A stretch of 64,000 bases of DNA from positions 62,001 to 126,000 of the forward strand of contig JBEWZL010000048.1 of NCBI GenBank assembly GCA_045837725.1, in the 5' to 3' direction. Source of the DNA: Vermamoeba vermiformis (taxonomy: Eukaryota). Below are positions 1 through 12,718 of the stretch, piece after piece. Each line of letters starts with the position of its first letter. Position 1 is the first letter of the stretch. The position numbers were made by a program, and so were the translations under genes. The notes below the pieces were generated by a model. That model searched no databases, was not told the origin of the DNA, and worked only from the letters and a program-made list of their open reading frames with translations.

Positions 1-728
1 TAAACGCTGCAAGTGTCGTGTCGGTCACGTGGGGCACACTATCGGAGGAGTTTCCGCCATTTGTGAGCGTGAGATAAGGCGTCACAGTGAAGTTGACAGG
101 TTGGTTGAGGATCGTGGTCCAACCGCCCGAAGACACAAATTCGTACGTGTCAATCGAGGATTGGGTTAGCACCACGAGTGTATTGTCGTTCATAAACTGA
201 ATAAACTGCGCAGTTGATGTTGCAAAACTAAAAAAAAATGAATTAAATGGATGCAGGATTTCCGAAGTATTTTAAATAATAAAATTAGGAATTATACTTA
301 CGAGGTAATATTTTCGAACGTTCCGGTTGGACTAAGCTGAAAAGTATCAATATAACCCTGGCTTAGAGCCCCGAACCAATTTCCGTTTGTGGTAATGTAG
401 CTAGGTTGTCTCGTCCAAGCCATTTGATAGGTTATTGTAGTATATGTACCTTGGCTATCTCTTTCAAATACAATTATGCGACCACCGCTATTGAGATCGT
501 AAACAAAAATATATTTGCCGCCTGCTGCGTTTAAAGAAGGGCAATCGGGAAAGTCAGGGAGACTACTGCCACTAGTAGCATAATCTAGCAATTGGACCGT
601 CTAAAAAATATCAGTTAATTGATTCAGTTCAGATGCGTTGGATCGGCGACACTTACTGGCACTCCGCCAATGCACAGGTGGACAAAAGCCAGTGCTAGTG
701 CAGCATATATAGCAATACGAGCCACCAT
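1..728 (-). CDS. Secreted beta-propeller/FG-GAP-like surface protein, 5' part only (runs off the window); paralog of the gene at 1203-3128
   Basis: ATG at 728 opens a signal peptide (MVARIAIYAALALAFVHLCIGG). Exons align with the neighbouring gene (NAAGGxYI.V.D...GRIIVF.RD.QGTY, ITTNGNW.G.L...G.IDTFQ) with the same intron positions. Confidence 0.7.
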
Positions 729-1202
729 CAGGCTTTGTGGTGGTTACCGCATCAATTTGACATATTTAAAGCAAATCTTTTAGCTTAATTTAGCTTTCAA
801 TTCACGCGATCTTTGCGGAGCGAATCTGAGCGTAGAAGAACATATTTTAGGTTCCAAATGCCGCGACTAAAAATGACATACCCTAAAATCGCCATTCCGA
901 CCGCAACGAACTAACATTGAGATGCAGATGGGATCAGATGTGCCAGTAAGCATCGAAAAAATTATTTGTATAAGACAAAAATTATCTTACTATCCGGCTT
1001 GGTTGGTTGGACAACTTTAACACGGCGTGCAAATTGTGTAACCATGAGATCGAAATTGTTAAACTCACCAGCATCAATTAAGTACTCTGAATAATAATAC
1101 GTTAATAATTATTAAATTATAATTTTTAATTTTTAATTTTGTACGTACGGCTACCATAGAAACCTGTCTGGAGGCGGATCTGTTTTCCCTTCGTTTCATT
1201 TC

Positions 1203-3128
1203 TCAAAGCTGTGCGAGTGCGAGCAACGGAGTCTTAAAAAACACAAATAACCTGTTGTGGGAGCTCGATGAAATTATCAGAAACAATGCGCAATGAAAGA
1301 AACTTCTGCAGCTAGAAAAAAGTCCACAAACAACCATAAGCGACAGGATTACTGATCGATTCAAACGAGTGCCAGCACTAGTGACTTTGCCTGCATCGTT
1401 TGGAATCGGAACGTTAGTTTGGATCGGAGGAGTGTTGGTCGTCATCGGTGAAGTCGCTGGATTGGGTGATTGAACAGGTGAAGCTGGACTGGGCGGTTGA
1501 ACAGGCGAAGAGACAGGAAGACTATAGCTCGGTGCTGACTGCGAAGGCGAGCTGGAAGGAGATGGAAGAGGTGAGGCAATTGGACTGGAATTTGGCGACA
1601 CCTCGATTGGTGCACTAACAGGCGATTCTACCGGTGGATCGATGGGTGTCACTGGAGGATTGACGCACGTGATCGTTGAATTGCAGTACAACGTGTCAAA
1701 TTCACCGCGTGAAAAGCTGAATGTAAGTGTGCTGGTGTCTCCTTCGAATCGAATGTTCTTCAAATTGACTACCGTGCAGCTGTCCCCAACTGCATAGAGT
1801 TGATCATTTGAGACACTGAATATTTGACACGTGTCAGAAGTGACATTTTGACACTTTTGCTTGATTGGCAGGTAACAGGGAGGAATGAAGGCTTGGTACG
1901 CAATAGCAAGTGGGAAATCTGCCGTGGATGCTGTTTGCACAATGACCTCGGAATCAGTTTTCATAAGACTAAAGCCAAAATATACTCTATCACTTCTGCC
2001 AATGAATCGAGTAGTGAACCGCCAATCTCCACCAGCGTTTCGCTGCAGATAAATAACTGATCCAGCCCTAGCGTCATCAGGGGCACCAATTGCAATCAAG
2101 TTTCGATCAAGCAGAAGCATTGAATACCCAAAGTGACCATCTAACGTGGCTACTTCTGAATTTACGACGATTCTGGTTAAGTTCCATGAGCCGTTATTCT
2201 TTTGGTAGATCATAATTCTTCCAAAACTTGTTGAATTCTGCACGAAGGAGGTATCAGAAAGCACAACAGTGTCATCGCCGTTCCAAATAATTCTATTGGC
2301 GTGGTACTGCGTTGTGTCAACCGTGAGGCCATCAACGAGAGTCCACGACTTGTCGGCGTTGCGAGTGTACAATTCAACGACACTTCTGAGTGGATTGAAT
2401 GCCGCAAGTGTCGTGTCTGTCAAGTGAGGTACGCTGTCATTCGCTTTGCCTCCATTATTATACGAAAGATAAGGGTTTACAGTGAAGTTGACACTTTGGT
2501 GCTGAACATTCGTCCAATTGCCATCCACGTATTCGAGAGTATCAATCGAAGCTTGATCGATCAGCACGAGAGAATCATCGCCCATAACTTGCATGAATCG
2601 AGCAGACGAAGCAAACCTTAAGAAACAGATCCGATTAAAGTTCCGCTTCGGATCAAATCACAAAAAAATCTATTATTTAAAAAGCTAGCAATATACTTAC
2701 GAATTAATATTAACAAAGGAATTGTTGGAGGCAACCTGGAAGGTGTCAATGAAACCAGTTTCGTTGAGGGTACCAATCCAATTTCCGTTCGTGGTGATAA
2801 GAGCTGCCCACCGAGGCCATGGACTCTGCGCTAGTCGTGTTGCATACGTTCCTTGGTCGTCTCTAATAAACACAATAATGCGACCAGCAGGCTTTCCGAC
2901 AATATCTTGGACGACAATGTAAGTGCCTCCTGCTGCGTTGAAAGTCGGACCAGTAAACGTGGTGTGCATAAAATTGCCACTCGTAGCAAAAGATGTCAGT
3001 TGCACGGGCTGATTTAAAAAATGAGCGGATCAGGTTCGAAAGAAAATAATTCTCTCACTTACTTGACTTTCACCAGTGCAAAAGAAGGCTAGAATTAGGA
3101 CCAATATTAGGGGTAATAGACTATTCAT
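1203..3128 (-). CDS. Secreted, probably GPI/TM-anchored beta-propeller protein with FG-GAP-like repeats and a Ser/Pro-rich stalk
   Basis: Signal peptide MNSLLPLILVLILAFFCTG; 3 exons; GHFGYSM...LIAIGAP and YFGFSL motifs; Cys-containing domain; S/P-rich linker; hydrophobic C-terminus. Confidence 0.7.
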
Positions 3129-3341
3129 ACTTGTGGTGCTCGTTTCTGTTGTTTGGAAATAATGACAGCGATTCTCCTTCGCATTGTTTGCCAACATCTC
3201 TGCGGAGCTGTTCCGACCTTGCCGATGCAATGCTTGAACTTTAATCAAGCGCGTGGCTTATTTTATCATCTAAAGAATCTTTTCCGACCACCAAACAAAA
3301 GATGCAAGGGTCCAGATCCATTTAAAATTTTAAAATTTATG

Positions 3342-5195
3342 TCACCAAAGAGCCAATAGGATCACACTCAAAAACACCATAGGTGTCATCATCATAGAGC
3401 CAACAGAGACATGAGGTCGCGAAGAAGCATCTTCAGCGGGTACCGTCACATCGATTGGTGTCTCATCCGCAATGGGTGTCTCATCCATTGGGGGATCGAT
3501 AATTGGCGTTGGATCAGTAGGAGCGCTAATGGGCGTGTTGTCCGGGACAGGTGCCTCTTGCGGAGTGTTCGAGGGTGTCGGCACGGGCTGAGGTGGTGCT
3601 TGCGGGGTCACTGGAGGATCAACAGGAGGTGAGACTGGCACAGGGATTGGTACTGGGACAGGGGGCGGGGAGATCGGTACGGGGACAGGAGGCGGGGAGA
3701 TCGGTACGGGGACAGGAGGCGGGGAGACCGGCACAGGAACGGGCACCGGGATTGGTGGAGGAGGTGCGGTCAAAGGCACTTGTGCCACAGGTCCTTGTTG
3801 GCCAACAGGAATGCCAATGTCGGGATTGTTGTTACCATTAGTTCCGACCCATTGACCATTGCACAGTGGATATGAGATGGGTTGATAAGCTACATCAGGT
3901 ATCTGTGCGACAGCACCGTACATTTGTGCCATGTAGTAGTACGCTGCACGCGGGGCTAATTTGTCTTTTCTCGTTTGCCATTGATTCATTGCACCACAAT
4001 CGACATTGACAGCGAGCAGTCCAAACGCTTCTTCATCAGCATAGGTGCCTGGAAATGCATAGTTGCGTGCATCATCTCTGTCTTGCACTCCCCAATTGCC
4101 AATCTTCCACCACTCATCGACCCAACTGAATGCGTAGCCACCAGAACAGATGGTGTTGTGTGCCACGATGTCGTCCCAGTGCACTCTGAGGTACCTGCCT
4201 TGGTCGTTAGAGTTGTCGGGCATCATCACAAAGTTGCCATTTTGACGCGTGCTTGACGGACAGCCGAACTCAGTGATCAAAAGTGCTTGAGTCGAGAGTG
4301 AAGCAAATGTCGTGAAAAGTTGATCGAAGCCTGTATCAACTCTGCCACGATAACAATTGATGCCCCAAGAATCCAAATTTGTAAGAGGAGTGCACTGCAA
4401 AGCGGCGCGAACAGAACCAAAGGCATCGTCAACAATGGTGGTCGATGTCAATTTTGACGGGGCAGTCACTTTGACACGTGCTGCAATGCTGTCAATCCAT
4501 TCCCAGAATTTGCAATTGGATCGCGTGACCATATTGTTCTGTTCGTTGCCAATGATGAATCCCATCACTGCTGGATGAGTGCCGTATCGTTCGGCGAGGG
4601 CCACCACAATGTTGCTCAAAATTTCACGCGTCAAGGCATTGGCTTGCTCTTTAGTATCGTCAATTTGATACCACTTGCCGTCTGAAGTCTGAAAAGTGTA
4701 GCTACTTGGCGCGGTAGGGTAATTGTCGTACGGACCAAGGTACGCAAACGGCGTGCTGATGGCGTAAGTGATCAACACGTAGATCGGATTTACACCGTTA
4801 TTCCACAACTTGTCAAAGAATGTAATATGGTCCCTATTGATATACAATATGTGAGTACTAATGCTTGGATGATATTTAAGGAGCACTTACAAAGCGACAT
4901 CAGAGTTCGGATAATTGAGTTGAATGTTGTAGATCCGAATCGAGTTGACACCTGCTGCACGCATCAATGGCAGATCTCGATCGTGCAAGTGCGACCAATC
5001 AGCGTGAAACAAGTCACCCCATTGTGTTTGTTCGTTCACTCCACCTCCTGGTGGCAAAGGTGCGTAGTTCACTCCTTGAACTGTGAATACTGCACCGTCT
5101 TTGAGTATTTGTCGATTGTTGACACTCCATGTCGTGGTCTGAGCATATATAAGAGGTATTAGCAGAGCTAATAAAATAAAGCCGGATCCACGCAT
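3342..5195 (-). CDS. Secreted clan GH-A TIM-barrel glycoside hydrolase (GH2/GH72-like) with Pro-rich stalk and GPI-like tail
   Basis: Signal peptide; GVNYAP and DLPLMRAAGVNSIRIY; acid/base motif IGNE; nucleophile motif ITEFG; FSWVDEWWK; one intron at about 4833-4890. Confidence 0.8.
3625..3765 (-). repeat. 30-nt coding tandem repeat (PVP(V/I)SPPPV units) in the GH stalk
   Basis: Repeated gggacaggaggcggggagatcggtacg on the + strand. Confidence 0.8.
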
Positions 5196-5695
5196 TGTAG
5201 TAAGTTGTGGATCTTAGTTCAAAATTTGAAGTTATTGAATTACAACTTGTCGACAAAAAGTTTTTATATGGCAAGTAAATGGTTGGATATTGTTGTACGA
5301 GTCATGACGAATGCACCTTTCGGAAATTTCGCGGAACAAACCAATCCTTACCTGGTAGAACCGAAAATTTACGCGTCGAAGGGGAAAAGTCAACTCGTTG
5401 CGGCTATGCACTCTTTTTCGCGCATAATTTGCGGTAATTCTACCGTAACAATAGCCGTAATTCTCATTCGGATCATGCAGTACGTTTTGAAGACAAAAAA
5501 ACGAACCTAAAATGACTTTCCGATTGATATCAAAGCTATTTGAATTATTGGCATTTTTACGGTACCTTTTTCCACCGAATTTCAATTGCTGTCGCCAGGT
5601 CGGCCAGATCCTCATTTAGCCTTCTGTCGTAAAAGAAGGTCACTCATTGCCTTTTTAGATTTCATAATAAGGTAAATATATTACCCTTTATTATT

Positions 5696-6786
5696 CTAAT
5701 GATGGGTATGCGCTACATTATCAAAGATGAAAAGGAGATCTTCATCCGTTTCTGTAGCCATTCGTGCCTTTTCGAAACTTTCAATTGAAGCCGAGCATTG
5801 CGCTATGAAATAAATATTTAGTTATATTAATAATTACTTTATAAGCCAAATTTGTAATTATTTTAAAACAGTGGCGGATCGTGGTTTAAATGAACTTACG
5901 CTGAGCAGAGCTTGGGTCCTTGTATAGAATCTTATTATTATGCTCATCGATGCCCTCAATGAGAATATAATGCCCTTCAAATTCGCCCTTTGCATTCTCA
6001 GTGTGAGCACAGAACTTGTCGATAAACCGGTCTGTCAGAGATTGACAATGATGACATGACATCAGCGCTGAATCGATTAATGCTATAATTATTCCGCCTT
6101 TGCTAATATGTTCTTTAATATGATCGAGTGATTGGCTCCTAAAATTGAAGATTAGACGTAAAGATTCGGGATGACGATCCGAAGCTCTGAAAATTCGCTT
6201 ACTTCTGTACTATAGTGATATTATTGCTTGATGCCTTGCTAAATAATTCATTTACACGCTTTTCATCGTCTTCAAACTCTTTTTTGTAAAAGTCCTAAAG
6301 CATAAGTTTTCGTTCAGTGAAAATTCTGGATGCGTACAAAGCCGACTTACATTGTATGCGTATTCTGCCTTTGCGCCGATGGTGATCGTGTAATATACAA
6401 ATGGTATTTCATATTTCTTAAGCAAGTAAGCCAGATCTATCGTCCAAATTGATTGATGTTTTATTTCATTTTGGATCAGCTCTGCCAGCGATGAATTTGG
6501 CTTATTAAAGGCTCTAAAATTATCATTAGATACTTTACACTGTTTTATATAGTGAATCATTTGAATAAATTACTGCTGATTTTTCATTAATTTAAGAAAA
6601 TATTTTCAATCAAGATCTAATCTTTAAGATATTTGACCGAAAAATTATGCGATTATTTTAAATGTCTTACTTTAATACCATCGAGGTGCACGCTAAGCCA
6701 CAATCCCATTCGTTGTTTTGCTGCACAAAGGGGATGTTGAATTTATTGTGTTGCACTTCCTTTGGGTGACTACTGAGGCAATCCAT
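5696..6786 (-). CDS. GUCD1: GUCD1-like protein (peptidase C39-like fold)
   Basis: Spliced product contains IPFVQQNNEWDCGLACTSMVL, SIWTIDLAYLL, FEGHYILIEG, YKDP and FEKARMATETDEDLLFI. Confidence 0.85.
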
Positions 6787-7224
6787 TTACTATTTTTTGG
6801 TGATAAAAATACTTGCACGGAACTGGTGTATGTTGCAGTAGGTTTCAAAATGATAAACTACGAACCCACACCGGGGGAAAATTTTCTTTTTAAGGGGCAC
6901 GTGATGAAATGAGCTTTTGCATTGCGAAATAACGTGTGTTGTACCTCAGATAAGCAGCTGTTAGAGGCACAACTAATAATGGCGACCTCTGAACTTAATG
7001 TAACGAGTGAAACGCACCCGAAAAAAAGGATAGCCCGATCTCATGCTAGCAACGAGCCCGAAACTAAGAAAATTCAATAATCTATTTAATAAAATGTGGC
7101 AGACAACTTGAATTAATTGCGCAGATTTTTGACGGACAAGCTTCCGTCAGCGAGAAGAAAAATCACCAAAAATACGTTTGTTCCAATTAACATCGTCAGT
7201 GACGAGTACCAGACACATTAACTC

Positions 7225-8497
7225 ATGGAGTACGTACAGAATATTTTAAACTAATTGTGGCGCTTACCATTTGATTTTTACCAGTCGAAAGCGCAAGCCG
7301 GCAGACATAGAAGAAGCTAAAACAGATACAAAAAGAGTCAAATACTCACACGATATTTATGTAAGGCAAATTACGCATTAATATTAGTAACGGTTTGACA
7401 TCCGCATCTGATACTTTTTCTAGAAGGTGTCAATAGCAGATATTCCAAATGAAGTTCTTTCAATCATTCTTGGATATATTAGAAAAGCTAAATATCGAAA
7501 AGAACTGCGATTAGTCAACAGTAAATGGTGCAAACTTGTCACATCCTACTACTTCCGGATTTGCCGCCGTACTTTAACCAAAGAACAAGGCGCCGAGTTA
7601 ATTCAATTATTCGGGCGATACGAACGACCTATTTGACTATCTTTCCCCGTATTAGAGGCTTTGCTTCCTTCTTTTTGGCAATTGACGAATCTGGTCGCCC
7701 TGGATATTCCTTACATGAACCTCACTGACATTAGATACACTTGTCTCACGAATCTTACGTACCTTTCCATTAACAATGTCAAGGACACCGAGACTAGTAT
7801 GGAAATAATACGACATTTCACTAAGTTGAAGAGCCTTCGTGCCACTGTACTTTTAGACAACAATCTTCGATTGCCTAATTTGGTATCACTCGAATATCAG
7901 CATATCCGCAATCTAGTCCATACGCCTGACATACAATGGCCATCACTTACGCATTTAAACGCACCATGGCTTGGCATGATTAGTCCAAAGCAAGCGTTCA
8001 ACGTGAAACACTTGACCGTGCTCAGCGAGCACAACAGATCTGAGAGAACGCAGAAATGCTTTACTGGCTTGCAGACACTAGTCTCTCGTAATATAATGTT
8101 CGATGACTTGCCTATGTCATTGACCAGATTAGAATTCACTTACAAAACTACAGCGGATCAGACAGCCATGATTGAACGATTGACCAATTTGAAAGTGCTA
8201 TTAATAGATGAAAGCACTTCCCATTTTAATATTAGCGCAATGACCAACTTAGAGAGCTTTCGACTTATACGTCCAGGCGATTATACCCAGGCATTAAGAA
8301 ACCATCGATTTTTGGAACAGATCTGGCCCAACAAATTGACAAGATTGGAGTACATTATAGAGAGTAGGAAACACATGAATATGATCAGCAGATTAACAGC
8401 ATTGCGGCACTTGACACTCCACTGCGTTTTTGCCACATTAATCGACCACGCAGTCCTTGGCACTTTAACGCGATTAACTCGCATAGAATGGCCATAA
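7225..8497 (+). pseudogene. F-box/LRR gene with an in-frame premature TGA at 7634-7636
   Basis: F-box SIADIPNEVLSIILGYI...LRLVNSKW; the frame continues past the TGA into LRRs (LTNLTYLSI, LTNLKVLLI, LTALRHLTL). Confidence 0.65.
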
Positions 8498-8692
8498 TAG
8501 TTCTAATTTTTTTATGGCTATTTATAGTAACAAAAAGTCGCGTGGAGAATCAACCAAATGACACGTGTCATTCGTTCGGGAGAAGAAAATTGGTTATAAT
8601 TTTATCCAGAACTCCGTTCTTAATTTAAACAGTCATTTCGCCGTTACATAAACTTGACGAGAAGTGATATTACTGCTAGTATTACGTGACGT

Positions 8693-10323
8693 ATGGAACC
8701 AGCGAGCAATTCAACGGCAGATCCGTTTTTTTGTACAACGAATGAAGATTGTTTTTACCACGGCATATGTACAGACTCAAAATGCATTTGTTATACATTG
8801 TGGACAGGTACGTCATATTATTATAACGAAAATCAATAGCAACTTACGCTCGCTAACATCGATAAAGATGTAAAATTAATTGTTGTACATAAAAAGAATT
8901 TCTGTCGAATCGTTACAAAAAATTATAATTCAAACTTGAATAATGCATATAAATACTAATAGTAATTATCAAGAATAGCGCCTAATTATGCAATGAATTT
9001 CCTAACTAAATTGTTTGTCATTGCAGGATCTCAATGTGAAACGAACAAGGTCGATTCAAGTGATACTATGTTCATATTCTTTTGGATACAAAATGCGATC
9101 GGAGCAGCTTTATTCTTAGGCATAGCAATCGCTGCACTCGTCCAGATGAAATTTCTTGCGGAACAGAAAAGAAAAATTAACCGCAATAACTTTGTAAGCC
9201 TTCCTCCTGATTATCAATCCGCATAATACAATAGTATACCTTCCATATAGCTCACTCTCGTGTATGCAGGCAAACTGGCTACTTTTCATTCTGATTGCAT
9301 TCATCGGATTCGGTACGTTATCAAGATCCAAAAAATGTGGTCAACTAACGCCATAATTATAGAACGAGTGTTATATTTGATGCTCGATCCATATAGATAC
9401 AGAGGAATCATAGGTGCAGGTAATAAAGAAGTAATTTCAGTCGGATGAGATCACTAACGAATAATTTTTAGTTGCCGAAGCGATTCTATTTGGCCTTGCT
9501 ACGTGGGGCTTCGTTTGTATATATCTAATTATTATAGTTATATGGTATGTAATCGAAACAAATGCGATTGACGGACGATCATATTAACTTTCTTATTACA
9601 GGATTAAAATGTACACAACCGCGAAGAACGCCGAACAATTCATCACTAAATTAATCAAATACATATTCATGTTGATGGCTTTCGTACTCTGCGTCCAAAT
9701 AACTTACGACGTCATTCGCGCGATCTACGCCGCTGGCCAAGCAAGAACGATCGCTTTAAGTACGTCGAAAACCCTTATTTATGTAGCATAGTATTAATTT
9801 GATCTATTATAGTCGTTTACTTCACTTTTGCAGTCGCTGCAAGCGTTGCAGCAGCAATAATTTTCTTAGTGTACGGCAGATTGCTTTACAGAAGGCTGAA
9901 GAAGTTCAGAGAGCACGATCCAACGCGCCAATCTAAGATCGATAAGGTAAACTACATATATACAAAGTCTCGCTTGTCCAGTCCGCAACCATAACGAGAT
10001 CTACAAGAATGGCAACCGGATCTCGAATACTGTCTAACACTTTGCTTTAGGTCATGAAGTTTACGACTGCAGCTAGTATAGTAGTCATATCATATAGCTT
10101 CGCTCTCGGATCACTCATCGTGGTTACCTTGATCTACGGTGAAGCCGTAAATGTGTTTTTGATCTCGCATTTCCTGCAACGATTGGCTGAAGTCGGTGGC
10201 TGCCTTGCTATACTCATCACGCATCATATCAACATCAATAAGCATCGTGTTCAAATCACAACAGCAAACAGCGCCAATATGGCCGGAAGCGCTGGATCTA
10301 AAACGCAAGACCCAGAGAAGTAA
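8693..10323 (+). CDS. EGF-like domain plus multi-pass (about 7 TM) receptor-like membrane protein
   Basis: Exon 1 gives CTTNEDCFYHGICTDSKCICYTLWTG, spliced to SQCE (6-Cys EGF pattern); about 7 hydrophobic segments follow over several exons. Confidence 0.7.
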
Positions 10324-10835
10324 CAAAAACGACCGTCGGTATTATATACTCCTATAATACGCACGCAAGGTAAATTGTATTATAAAATTACGTCTTTACA
10401 ATCTTCGATAAGAAATTCAGATCAAATTCATTCAATTTTCGTTCAGTGAAGTGGCCTCGACTTCGTTGACCATTCGTTGGTTCAATATGCGTTGTAATTG
10501 TTATGATATTACGACAACATTGATAACTAATGCGGCTTTAAGTCAAATTGAATAATTATTCGTACTTCGTATCGGCAGATTTGCCGCGTTGTGTACCAAA
10601 GTAGCCAATATGCGACTTTTCACGTAATTAACAGCTATTTGACAGCAATTGAGTAATTGCAAGCTCAGGATTGCGATCTTTAATTATTTTCCTCGAAATT
10701 TCCGGATGTTGTCTGCCCTTGGACAGCGAATCGGCAATCGAAGTATAAATTGGCGTAAATTAGTAAAAACATTTAAATTACAATTTTACTAAGCGACAAT
10801 CAGAACCACAACTCGACGCATCCAGAAAAAAATTA

Positions 10836-12560
10836 ATGGTTCTCGGATCCCGCTACGCCGCAGTCGCTATAGCGCTACTACTTCCTTTAATATATGCCCA
10901 AACCACAGAATGGACCGTCAATAATCGACAAATACTCAAAGACGGAGCAGTATTCACAGTTCAAGGAGTGAACTACGCACCTCTGCCACCAGGAGGTGGA
11001 GTGAACGAACAAACACAATGGGGTGACTTGTTTCACGCTGATTGGTCGCACTTGCACGATCGAGATCTGCCATTGATGCGTGCAGCAGGTGTCAACTCGA
11101 TTCGGATCTACAACATTCAACTCAATTATCCAAACTCCGATGTCGCTTTGTAAGTGTTCCTTAACATATTATCCTAAGCATTAGTACTTATATTATATAT
11201 CAATAGGGATCATATTACATTCTTTGACAAGTTGTGGAACAACGGTGAAGATCCGATCTACATCCTGATCACTTACGCCATCAGCACACCATTTGCGTAC
11301 TTAGGTCCATATGACAATAAGCCTAATGAAACAGCTAGTAGCTACACTTTTCAAACTCCGGATCTGAAGTGGTACCAGATCGACGACAGCAAAGAACAAG
11401 CCAATGCTTTAGAACGAGAAATTCAAAGTAATATCGTCAATGCTATTGCTGAACGATACGGCACTCATCCAGCAGTGATGGGATTCATCATTGGCAACGA
11501 ACAGAACAACTTGAAGACGCAAGCTAATTGCAAATTCTGGGAATGGATTGACAGCATTGCAGCACGTGTCAAAGTGACTGCTCCGTCAAAATTGACAGCC
11601 ACAAGCATTGTCGACGATGACTTTTTGACAGTTCGATCGGCCTTGGCATGCACTTCTCTTTCTAATTTGGATGTTTGGGGCATCAATGCTTATCGTGGCA
11701 GAGTGGATGCAGGCTTTGATCGACTTTTCACGACATTTGCTGAACTTTCGACTCAAGCACTTTTGATCACTGAATATGGATGCCCTGCTAGCACACGTGA
11801 AGATGGTCATTTTGTGATGATGCCCGAGAATTCTCGAGACCAAGGCAGGTACCTCAGAGTGCACTGGGACGACATCGTGGCACACAACACCATCTGTTCA
11901 GGTGGCTACGCATTCAGTTGGGTCGATGAGTGGTGGAAGATTGGCAATTGGGGAGTGCAAGACAGAGATGATGCACGCAACTATGCATTTCCAGGCACCT
12001 ATGCTGATGAAGAAGCGTTTGGACTGCTCGCTGTCGAAGTTGACTGTGATGCACTGGACCAATGGCAAACGAGAAAAGATAAAGTTCTGCCGCGTGCCTC
12101 GTACTACTACATGGCGCAAATGTTCGGCGTTTTCGAAGAATTTCCTGATGTCGCTTTTGAACCAATTACTTATCCGTTATGCGATGGTGAATGGATCGGC
12201 AACGGAACTAATCCCGACATTGGCATTCCTGTCGGCGAACAAGGACCAGTGTCCCATGTGCCTTTGACTGCACCTCCGCCAAGACCAGTGCCAGTCCCTG
12301 CACCTGTCGCTAGTCCTATGGCATCGCCTGTCTTCCAAGAGCCAGTTCCAGTTTTGACACCTGTCACTTCGGGTACTCCACAAGTGACACCTGTCAGCGA
12401 TGCTACGCCAGTTTCTGATTCGACACCTGTCAACGACAATACGACGCCAGCTGTCACTGTTACTCCTGTCTCGGGTGTCAATAACGATGTTGTGTCATCC
12501 TGCGCGACATTGGTGGCTTCACTATTAATGATTGTTATTGCCTCACTCATGCTTATGTAA
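10836..12560 (+). CDS. Secreted clan GH-A glycoside hydrolase, inverted paralog of 3342-5195
   Basis: Same motifs (IGNEQN, ITEYG), same single intron (about 11150-11207), long near-identical DNA blocks, GPI-like C-terminus. Confidence 0.8.
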
Positions 12561-12718
12561 ATTTTTATTACAATAGATAAATTAGTGTTAGATTGTTCGA
12601 ACCATTCTTTAATGCCTGCAAAGGCGGATTAATCCTCGTGGCAAGAGACGTGATATGAGTATATTCTTTATAGAAAATTCGCACGATTTACATGTTACTG
12701 TACAATTAATTCAAACGC

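Noticed and set aside
6901-6992. Possible box C/D snoRNA (GTGATGA...CTGA)
   Set aside because: No terminal stem and no recognisable rRNA guide; the box C overlaps a CACGTG in a probable promoter region.
7634-7636. TGA as selenocysteine or an alternative genetic code
   Set aside because: The paralog has Gly rather than Cys or Trp here, no SECIS is evident, and TGA appears to end other genes (3342-3344).
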